Source: an uncultured Chryseobacterium sp.
GTDB taxonomy: Bacteria > Bacteroidota > Bacteroidia > Flavobacteriales_D > Sanyastnellaceae
Length of the DNA stretch: 64,000 nucleotides
Direction: 5' to 3'
NCBI GenBank assembly: GCA_964544665.1
Contig: CAZJCQ010000003.1
Coordinates: 36,850 to 100,849 of the forward strand
Shown here one piece after another: positions 1-8,055 of the stretch. Below the pieces are notes generated by a model. The model was not told the DNA's origin, ran no database searches, and saw only the letters and a program-made list of their open reading frames with translations. Both the position numbers and the translations under genes were made by a program. Every line of letters starts with the position of its first letter. The first letter of the stretch is position 1.

Positions 1-3000
1 GATTATCCGCATTCAACTCATTGATGACCACATTAGCAATGGTCATCACATTGATCGCGATTGAATTGGTTGACCATTCCAAACAAGTTGTAGCGCTGGC
101 TGTGGTGATTGCCGCACCTATTGCTGGTGAGGTCAAAGCACCCTCATAAGACAATCCTGAAACTAAATAACTACCTGTAGCCAAGGTATTGAAATCAAAT
201 GTACCATCTACCCATTGAATAAATAAACCATTGGCATCCGTTAAAGCATAAACATAAGTTGCCGTAAGTGAAGTGGTGGTATTATTCAATCCTAAAACAT
301 CTGCGTTTGCATCGGAGATTACCGAGACCGCATTACTGCCATTTCCTGTTGAAACAGTTGCTCCATTGCATCCAGAACACACTGTAATATCAACAGTAAT
401 GGAATTTGCACTAACAGAAGTACATTGATCCGCCATGATTCCTGAAATGGGCATCGTGATTTGTGCAGTCGTGGGATCAATGGCATTGGTATATCCAATA
501 AATTGAATATTATAAACGCCGGTCATTCCAGTAAAATCAAATTGATTAGCACTTGGCAAGGCGACGATCTCACCTGCCGCGTTTGAAACCACCGCCTGCG
601 AGTTGCCCAAACCATTAAATGCGTTCCATTGCACCACTCCCACCAAGTTATCACAAATGGTTAAGGCTGTTGTATTATCTAACAACGAAATGGTTCCTCC
701 ATTACAAGGAGGCTGGTTCCATGTGCCGGGAGTTAATGTTTGAAGTACATAACTCGCGTTCGTGTATGGAGTGCCTCCATCTGGAATTCGAGATTGCGTT
801 AAGTCAGTGCCTGCCACCTGAGCGGTTTCATCAAACTGCGCATAACCAGGAACCATAACATCTAATGTCAATCCTGTGATCAAGTTGGTAGCGGTTGCAT
901 CCGCTGTTCCATATACTTGCGCATCCACCATTGCGATCGCAGTTGGGGCGGTACCATTTGGGAAATCCACCGCGTCTGCTAAATAAAGGGCGATTGCATC
1001 GGCTCCATTTTGCAAAATTCCATTGGTGAATACCAAATCGACATTGGTCGCGTTGGCATTTCCCATTACAAAAAATCCTTGCGCATCCAAGCTATAACCA
1101 TCTAAATCAAACGCCTGGTAACTGACGCCGGTTGCTCCATCATAAAACACCATCACCAATGAATCTAAACTCAAATTAGCGGGTCCATATAATTCGATGA
1201 ATTCTTGTGTGTCCAATCCACCTGGGTTATCTGCATTCAACTCATTGATAACCACATTCGGAAGAGAAACCACATTTACGTTGATTGAATTGGTTGAAAA
1301 TTCAAAACAAGTAGATGCACTAATCGCAGCTACCGGTTGTCCGATCACCGCTGTCAAAGTGCCTTCATAAGATAAACCTTGAATGCTATAGTTTCCTACA
1401 GACAAGGTATTAAAGTCATAGGCATTATCTACGAAACTAACCAAATTGCCATTGGCATCTATCAATGCATACACATAGGTATCGGTTTGTGAAGCAGAAG
1501 TGGTGCTAAGGTTAATGTAATCCGCATTACCATCCACATTCACCATCACATTATTCGATCCTGCGGCTGTTGCAATTTGACCACCAGCACATCCTGCGCA
1601 GACATTAATCACCACCGGAATATTATTGGTGGAGAAAGAAGCACATGTGCTCGCTGTCATTCCTGAAAATGGTGCGCCTGTAGCGGTAGAAGCCAAATCC
1701 AAAGTTCCTGTGTAAGCAAATCCATGTACAGTGTAACTACCTACAGCTAACCCATTAAAATCAAAAGATGCATCAAACGTTTGAACAATATTTTGATTGG
1801 CATCTACCACCACATACAAATAGCTACCCAACGCAGCTGCATTGCTGCAAGTAATAACGGAAGGAACCAAATTACAAAAGGCTTCCGAAGCATTACCTGA
1901 AGCCGAAGCCACAGTACCACCCACACAAGGAGGCTGGTTCCATGTACCCGGAGTTAAGGTTTGAAGAATATAGGTTGAGAAAGCAAAGGCCGCTCCTCCG
2001 TCTGGAATTCGAGATTGTGTTAAGTCGGTACCTACCGTTTGAACAGTTTCATCAAATTGAGTGTATCCGGGTGCCAAGGTATTTAGGGTTAATCCGGTAA
2101 TCAAATTTGTGGCAGTTGCATCAGCGGTGCCATACACCTGTGCATCCATCAAGTTGTTTCCACTAGGAGCGGTTCCATTGGGATATTGCGTCGCATCCCC
2201 AATATAAATCGCTACGGCATCTGCGCCATTTTGTAAAATTCCATTGGTAAAAATCAAATCAACATTAACCGCGTTGGCATTTCCGAGAACAAAAAATCCT
2301 TGGGCATCCAAAGTGTATCCATCTAGGTCAATCGCATTATAGCTAATTCCAGTTGCTCCATCAAAAAACACCACTGTCAATCCTGTCAAAGAAGCATTTG
2401 CAGGGCCATACAACTCGATGAACTCTTGTGTATCCAATCCACCCGGATTATCGGCATTAATCTCATTGATTACCACTGAAGTAATCACCAAAGCATTTAC
2501 CGTCAATGTGTTGTTTGAAAACTGCCAACAAGTGCTTGCACTGACATTGGCCACCGGCTGTCCAACACTCGCATTTAACGTTCCCTCATAAGAGATACCG
2601 GTTAAGGTGTATAATCCGGCAGTCAAAGTGTTGTAATCAAAAGCCGCATTTACTATTGAGACTAAATTACCATTCACATCGGATAACAAGTACGCATAGG
2701 TGGCGGTTGTAGACGCAGTGGTGTTGGATAAAGTAATATTATCTGCGATTGCATCCAATTGAACCAAATGACTGGTTGCCGCATTTCCAAATGAAATGGT
2801 CGCACCCGAACAGCCTGAGCAGGCATTGATGGTAACGGTAATCGCATTGGTAGACCAACTGAAGCAAGGACTTGCAGTTACCCCACTGGCAGGTAAACCT
2901 GCCGCGGTTGTAGCTGCATTCAAGGTTCCTGAATAAGCCAATCCTTTAATGGTATAAGTACCGGGTAATAAACCATTAAAATCAAAACCGGTGGTAATCT

Positions 3001-3700
3001 GTTGAATAATATTTTGGTTGGCATCGATTAAAAAATACACATAATTACCGGTAGTTCCTGCACTCGCAAAATCCACTACCGCTGGAACATTATTACATGA
3101 TGTGAAAGCATTTCCTCCTGCGGTCAATGCAATCGTCCCTCCTACACAAGGAGGTTGATTCCAAGTTCCAGGAGTCAAGGTTTGCAACACATAATTGGCA
3201 TTGTTATTCGGTCCTGCTCCATCTGGAATTTTCGATTGTGTCAAATCGGTACCGGTGGTCTGGGCTGTTTCATCAAACTGCGCATAACCCGGTGTGATAA
3301 CATCCAAGGTCAAACCCGTTATCAAGTTCGTCGCTGCTGGATCGGCTGTTCCATACACTTGACCATCGATTAAATTGGTCCCCGTCGGTACTGTTCCATT
3401 GGGAAAATCGGTTGCATTGGCCCAATACAAAGCCACCGCATCCGCTCCATTTTGCATGGACGCATTGGCAAAAACCAAATCAACATTGGTCGTCAAAGCA
3501 TTTCCCATTACAAAAAATCCTTGCGCATCTAAAGTGTATCCATCCAAATCAAACGCATTGTAACTAAGGCCTGTAGCGCCATCAAAAAACACCACCACCA
3601 GCGAATCCAAGGTTCCATTGGCCGGTCCAAATAATTCAATAAATTCACGGGTATCCGTTCCTCCTGGATTATCCGCATTGATCTCATTGATCACCACAGC
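1..3700 (-). repeat. In-frame tandem repeat of 1221-1224 bp (about 407 codons), three full units plus the start of a fourth
   Basis: The anchor string g(a/g)ttatc(c/t/g)gcatt(c/g/a)a(a/t)ctcattga starts at 1, 1225, 2446 and 3667. The spacings (1224, 1221, 1221) are all multiples of 3. By eye, aligned stretches are roughly 70-80% identical. Confidence 0.8.
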
Positions 3701-3763
3701 ACTTGTCTGGGCGAACAGCGCCCCCGAGAAGAGACAGCTCAGTAAAAACAAAAATTTTCTCAT
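1..3763 (-). CDS. Giant secreted lamin-tail-domain (LTD) repeat protein, N-terminal 1254 codons only; the ORF runs off the window start
   Basis: ATG at 3763. The reverse complement reads MRKFLFLLSCLFSGALFAQ (signal peptide), then VVINEINADNPGGTDTREFIELFGP. The INE(I/L)NADNPGG LTD signature recurs in frame near 3700, 2480, 1260 and at bases 1-30. The ORF track lists no minus-strand ORF over 1-3860, which fits one open frame cut by the window edge. Confidence 0.8.
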   Translation of the reverse strand, partial: MRKFLFLLSCLFSGALFAQTSAVVINEINADNPGGTDTREFIELFGPANGTLDSLVVVFFDGATGLSYNAFDLDGYTLDAQGFFVMGNALTTNVDLVFANASMQNGADAVALYWANATDFPNGTVPTGTNLIDGQVYGTADPAATNLITGLTLDVITPGYAQFDETAQTTGTDLTQSKIPDGAGPNNNANYVLQTLTPGTWNQPPCVGGTIALTAGGNAFTSCNNVPAVVDFASAGTTGNYVYFLIDANQNIIQQITTGFDFNGLLPGTYTIKGLAYSGTLNAATTAAGLPASGVTASPCFSWSTNAITVTINACSGCSGATISFGNAATSHLVQLDAIADNITLSNTTASTTATYAYLLSDVNGNLVSIVNAAFDYNTLTAGLYTLTGISYEGTLNASVGQPVANVSASTCWQFSNNTLTVNALVITSVVINEINADNPGGLDTQEFIELYGPANASLTGLTVVFFDGATGISYNAIDLDGYTLDAQGFFVLGNANAVNVDLIFTNGILQNGADAVAIYIGDATQYPNGTAPSGNNLMDAQVYGTADATATNLITGLTLNTLAPGYTQFDETVQTVGTDLTQSRIPDGGAAFAFSTYILQTLTPGTWNQPPCVGGTVASASGNASEAFCNLVPSVITCSNAAALGSYLYVVVDANQNIVQTFDASFDFNGLAVGSYTVHGFAYTGTLDLASTATGAPFSGMTASTCASFSTNNIPVVINVCAGCAGGQIATAAGSNNVMVNVDGNADYINLSTTSASQTDTYVYALIDANGNLVSFVDNAYDFNTLSVGNYSIQGLSYEGTLTAVIGQPVAAISASTCFEFSTNSINVNVVSLPNVVINELNADNPGGLDTQEFIELYGPANLSLDSLVMVFYDGATGVSYQAFDLDGYSLDAQGFFVMGNANATNVDLVFTNGILQNGADAIALYLADAVDFPNGTAPTAIAMVDAQVYGTADATATNLITGLTLDVMVPGYAQFDETAQVAGTDLTQSRIPDGGTPYTNASYVLQTLTPGTWNQPPCNGGTISLLDNTTALTICDNLVGVVQWNAFNGLGNSQAVVSNAAGEIVALPSANQFDFTGMTGVYNIQFIGYTNAIDPTTAQITMPISGIMADQCTSVSANSITVDITVCSGCNGATVSTGNGSNAVSVISDANADVLGLNNTTTSLTATYVYALTDANGLFIQWVDGTFDFNTLATGSYLVSGLSYEGALTSPAIGAAITTASATTCLEWSTNSIAINVMTIANVVINELNADN

Positions 3764-3860
3764 ACTATTTTGGTTTTGGTTTCAATTTGCCTTTCAGGCA
3801 ATAAATAGACGCCAAAATAGGAGAGAAGGTTGCAGAAATTGCTGAGTTTAACTTATTGTT

Positions 3861-5795
3861 TTAGAAAATGATAAAAGTCATCTTATAAGATCTATTCAAC
3901 CCCGCCATCTCCATGAGATATATTCCACTCTGCCAATCTTGAGTAGCAATTTGCATTTGACTCTGACCTGACCATTTTACCTGATAAACTATATCTCCTT
4001 TGCTATCGATGATTTGTACATGATCCCATAGATGGGGTTCCATCACCTTGATTTGAAAGAAATCTATTGCTGGATTGGGAAAAAAGGAGACCCCTGTTGA
4101 AGTCATTTCCTGCATTCCTGTCACGGTTCCCGCGCAATTACAATTGGCATCATACACATCATTGATGGTGCTTGGATTACCATCATCACAGGGATCTAGG
4201 GGTTGAGAACAGACTCCAGAGGGATAATTCGCATTTGGATTAAAATCACATGCTGTTGAATCCTGACAACCAAAAACAACCACATTGAAATCTCCCGGGG
4301 TCATTTCTTGTAAAACGACATTTTGATTATCAAACGCAGGGCCTCCATCGGGTACACGAGACTGACTTTTATCCCATCCGCTGGTTTGTACCGTCTCATC
4401 AAAAGGCATGTAGCCAGGATATATTTGATATAGGTTTAGTGCATTAATAAGATTTGGTGTAGGAGCATCACCCGTCACATACACCCAAGTATCCAACAGA
4501 AAGTTAGGTTGAGCATTATCTCCAATTAAAAAATCTGTACCATGCCCCCTATACAAGGCCACGGCATCGCAGCCATTTTGTATGGTGCCATTATCGATGA
4601 TCCAATCCGATTGCGCGACATTGATATTTCCAATTACATAAAAACCATTACTGTCTGCTACCTCTCCAGACAAATCAAAAACAGCATAAACCGATGCCGA
4701 GGCACCATCGTACAGCACCATCACCACGTTATCCAATGACGCATTCGGCGCAGTGATTAATTCAATAAACTCATCATCATCTGCTCCATTTGGATTGTCC
4801 GCGTTAATTTCATTGATAAAAATAGTTGGATGGGTCAAGACCTCAATGGTCATTTGATTATCCGACCAATCGTAACAAGTACTTGAATAAATGGAAGTGT
4901 AAGGCATTCCGATCAGGGAGTCGTTTAAAGTACCTGTAAATGAAATTGCCATCACATGATATATTCCCAAAGGAAGGGTATCGAAATCGAATCCATTGTC
5001 AATCCAAGACAAGAAGAGACCTGCATCATCCAACAAAGCAAAGAGCACTGAATCACTCGCTTGTTCGACCGACAAATTCCAAGTCAATGTATCTACGATG
5101 CTATCCTTTCTGATATAAAAGGTATTCAAATCATTCTCACCAAGAATTAAACCGGCCTCGCATGGGGCATCATTGTACCAACCGGGTGTGACCGACTGCA
5201 ACATCATAGTAGTGACGTCAAATGGAAATCCTCCATCGGGTACTCGAGAAGTACTCAAATCTGATCCTGAAAGTTGATTGGTTTCATTGGCGGGTTGATA
5301 CAATGGGTTAATGACATCCAAGCCCAGACCCGTAATCAAAGCGTTGATGGAAAGATCATCTGTTACATACACCACCGCATCCACTAAGCCTATATTGTGC
5401 ACCAACGTACCGTTCGGAAAATCCGCAACACTGGCCTGATAAAGGGCCACTGCATCACAACCATTTTGGATAAAACTATTGGGCAATTGAATTTGTGCGC
5501 TCGGTATTAAAGCAGATCCGATAACAAAAAACCCAAGACTATCTGCGAAATATCCAGATAATTCATAGGCTCCATAACTTTCCAATGTAGCTCCATCAAA
5601 AAAAACGAGCGTCCAACCGGTGAGGTCTTGATTCGGATTGGTATAAAGTTCAACAAATTCCTGGTTGTCCAATCCGCCTGGATTATCGGCATTCAACTCA
5701 TTAATCACTATTTGACTCTGAATCATCAACGGCAACGCCATCAACCCTGCGAGAATCGCGTTCGCTATATTCAAAGACCTTGACACCCACTTCAT
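3861..5795 (-). CDS. Secreted protein with two LTD domains, a Cys-rich region and a T9SS C-terminal sorting domain
   Basis: Signal peptide. INELNADNPGGLDNQEFVELY at aa 31 and INEINADNPNGADDDEFIELI at aa 327. NGCDAVALY and SRVPDGG motifs occur twice. C-terminus FFPNPAIDFFQIKV...GIYLMEM...FIIF is T9SS CTD-like. Confidence 0.8.
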   Translation of the reverse strand: MKWVSRSLNIANAILAGLMALPLMIQSQIVINELNADNPGGLDNQEFVELYTNPNQDLTGWTLVFFDGATLESYGAYELSGYFADSLGFFVIGSALIPSAQIQLPNSFIQNGCDAVALYQASVADFPNGTLVHNIGLVDAVVYVTDDLSINALITGLGLDVINPLYQPANETNQLSGSDLSTSRVPDGGFPFDVTTMMLQSVTPGWYNDAPCEAGLILGENDLNTFYIRKDSIVDTLTWNLSVEQASDSVLFALLDDAGLFLSWIDNGFDFDTLPLGIYHVMAISFTGTLNDSLIGMPYTSIYSSTCYDWSDNQMTIEVLTHPTIFINEINADNPNGADDDEFIELITAPNASLDNVVMVLYDGASASVYAVFDLSGEVADSNGFYVIGNINVAQSDWIIDNGTIQNGCDAVALYRGHGTDFLIGDNAQPNFLLDTWVYVTGDAPTPNLINALNLYQIYPGYMPFDETVQTSGWDKSQSRVPDGGPAFDNQNVVLQEMTPGDFNVVVFGCQDSTACDFNPNANYPSGVCSQPLDPCDDGNPSTINDVYDANCNCAGTVTGMQEMTSTGVSFFPNPAIDFFQIKVMEPHLWDHVQIIDSKGDIVYQVKWSGQSQMQIATQDWQSGIYLMEMAGLNRSYKMTFIIF

Positions 5796-5799
5796 TTCA

Positions 5800-6645
5800 T
5801 TACTGTTTTATCCAAGTTTGTTGCGCAAAACCAAAATCACCTTGAATTTGCACCAAATAACATCCTGCTGGCCAATCGACCAAATCAATCTGCACATTCG
5901 TACTCCAAACCCCTTGCTCCCAACATTTGGTACCCGTCACATCATAAATCATCACTCTCTCTATTCCGCGGTCACATCGAACCGTACAAACGTCATTGCC
6001 GGGATTAGGGAAGATTTGAAATAGACGGTTCATTTCAGCGATATGAACAGTACTTCCTCCGTTGGTTGCTCCCGGTGTTGGACCCTGAGGGACAAATGCA
6101 TTCAGGGTAAATGCGTTTCCACCATCTGGATAACGAGAAAGAGAATTGGCATTGTTCGCTGCCCCTTCGTCCAATTGGATCTGACCTTGTGCAAAAATCG
6201 CCATCAATTCTACATCTTCGGCATCAGCTGTTCCATATACTACCGCATCAATCGCACCCGTTAACACCGGCAGCGTTCCATTAGGCCATGCATCAATGGT
6301 TGTATTATTATACAATACTACTGCATCCGCTCCATTTTGAATGGTGTTATTTGGTATCGTCACATTTACATTACTTACATTGGCATTTCCCACTACGAAA
6401 AATCCGGAATTGGGAATGACCATACCCATTAAATCAACACTTTGATAGGAAGCATTCATCGCATCTCCTCCGTTGAAAAAAACCAATACATAACCATCTA
6501 AGCTAGTGCCAGCAGGACCATACAATTCGACAAATTCTGTACTGTCCGATCCGGGTTGATCGGCATCTATCTCATTAATCAATACGCTCTGGGCTTTCAG
6601 GTTCGAAACAAGAAAGCTGGCTAAACAAAATAAAATAATTCTCAT
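5800..6645 (-). CDS. Secreted single-LTD protein with a T9SS C-terminal sorting domain
   Basis: Start moved to the internal ATG at 6645 (MRIILFCLASFLVSNLKAQ signal peptide), which removes the overlap with the upstream gene. LINEIDADQPGSDSTEFVELYG, NGADAVVLY and SRYPDGG motifs. C-terminus IFPNPGNDVCTV...GCYLVQI. Confidence 0.75.
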   Translation of the reverse strand: MRIILFCLASFLVSNLKAQSVLINEIDADQPGSDSTEFVELYGPAGTSLDGYVLVFFNGGDAMNASYQSVDLMGMVIPNSGFFVVGNANVSNVNVTIPNNTIQNGADAVVLYNNTTIDAWPNGTLPVLTGAIDAVVYGTADAEDVELMAIFAQGQIQLDEGAANNANSLSRYPDGGNAFTLNAFVPQGPTPGATNGGSTVHIAEMNRLFQIFPNPGNDVCTVRCDRGIERVMIYDVTGTKCWEQGVWSTNVQIDLVDWPAGCYLVQIQGDFGFAQQTWIKQ

Positions 6646-6656
6646 GCTTTTTTTTT

Positions 6657-6664
6657 CAAATATA
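6657..6664 (-). promoter_or_regulatory. Bacteroidota -7 promoter box (TATATTTG) upstream of the single-LTD gene
   Basis: The minus strand reads TATATTTG-A9-GC-ATG. This matches the TAnnTTTG consensus. Confidence 0.35.
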
Positions 6665-6691
6665 CCAAGGCTTCTTGTGATAATCGCAAAC

Positions 6692-8050
6692 TCACATTCT
6701 TCGAATTCGCCAATCCTTTGGATAATGATTACTAAAACGATTGCCGACACGCTTTAACCAAGCTATGGAAAGCCCCTCCCACGTGGCCACATACCAATCA
6801 TTCGCTAACTCCATATCTACTCTCCAATCTTCGCCTCTCAGCAATTGTAGCGCCTGCTCGAGTCCGCATGCTATCTTCTTGACTGATTGATTCAATATCC
6901 CTGATGTTAGCATACCTTGAGCGGGAATGAATTTTTCTTTTATCCAATAACCAATCGGTATACCGACTTGACGAGGACGATCCAGTTTGGACAATATATC
7001 ATGATGAACGGAAAACCAATTTAATTGACCTTCATCATTGATTTTGATGGAATTTAAATCAACATTGACCCATCTTACTATCTCATGCTGAACCTTCACT
7101 GGCAAAGTCCTCCAATGATCATTGACAAAATGAGGATCTTTTACGACTCGACTGCTAGCCGTCTCCCTCTTTCGAAAAACCGCACAGAAAAAGCCTTCTC
7201 CAGGAACTTGATGCGGTAGAAATTGAACCCCCGTGAAGTTACCTTCCTTTTTCCAAATGGCGCCTAAAGGAATTTCATAATCACTCCAACATTCCCAATC
7301 TTCATCATTCAAAAATTTCTGACATTGAAGTTCATTCTCTTGAGGCGCAAAGGTGCATGTAGAATAAATTAAAAAACCGCCTGGCTTGGTCAATCGAGCC
7401 GACTGTTGTAATAATTCACTTTGTAATTGCGCACAACTTTCAACTTGCGCAGGCGACCATTCACTTCGTGATTGATGATCCTTCCTGAACATTCCCTCTC
7501 CGCTGCAGGGTGCGTCAAGAAGAACCAAATCCCAGAAATCATTCCCTCCAATAGATTTCAAAGGGGACTGAGAGACAATTGATCGGGGATCACCCCATTT
7601 AATCAAATTCTCACAAAGAATCACGTTTCGCTTTGCATTCACCTCATTGCTCACCAACACTTCGGCATTCTTTAACGCTTTGTGCAATAATATCGATTTC
7701 CCACCAGGGGCGGCACAAAGATCAATGACCCGTTTTACAGAATACTGCTGATTGATTTGATTCGCCAAAAAATAAATGAACATTGAACTTGATTCCTGCG
7801 GATAATATTGTCCCAAATGAAATCGCGGATCTAAGGTAAAACTTGGTCTTTCACTCAATCGAACTCCATTTTCTACATATGGAATGGTCTCCTCATCGGA
7901 CCAAAGTTGGCTATTCACCTTTTTTGAGACCGAAACCTTGGGAGGCTTATTCAAAGCGGCCAACAAGAACGAGCCCTCCTGATCTCCAAATTGCTGTAAT
8001 ATTCGATCTGAAAAAAATTGAGGTAGCGGTGTAATCACATCTTTTTGCAT
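6692..8050 (-). CDS. rRNA cytosine-C5 methyltransferase, RsmB/RsmF (NOL1/NOP2/Sun) family
   Basis: SAM motif DLCAAPGGKS. Catalytic-Cys motifs LLDAPCSGEGMFRKD and YSTCT. Confidence 0.8.
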   Translation of the reverse strand: MQKDVITPLPQFFSDRILQQFGDQEGSFLLAALNKPPKVSVSKKVNSQLWSDEETIPYVENGVRLSERPSFTLDPRFHLGQYYPQESSSMFIYFLANQINQQYSVKRVIDLCAAPGGKSILLHKALKNAEVLVSNEVNAKRNVILCENLIKWGDPRSIVSQSPLKSIGGNDFWDLVLLDAPCSGEGMFRKDHQSRSEWSPAQVESCAQLQSELLQQSARLTKPGGFLIYSTCTFAPQENELQCQKFLNDEDWECWSDYEIPLGAIWKKEGNFTGVQFLPHQVPGEGFFCAVFRKRETASSRVVKDPHFVNDHWRTLPVKVQHEIVRWVNVDLNSIKINDEGQLNWFSVHHDILSKLDRPRQVGIPIGYWIKEKFIPAQGMLTSGILNQSVKKIACGLEQALQLLRGEDWRVDMELANDWYVATWEGLSIAWLKRVGNRFSNHYPKDWRIRRM

Positions 8051-8055
8051 AAGGG

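Noticed and set aside
619-3845. Plus-strand ORFs of 62-79 aa (619-858, 3155-3373, 3375-3563, 3618-3845) in the ORF track.
   Set aside because: They lie antisense to the long open LTD reading frame, have low-complexity or odd composition, and lack promoter boxes. They are most likely spurious shadow ORFs.
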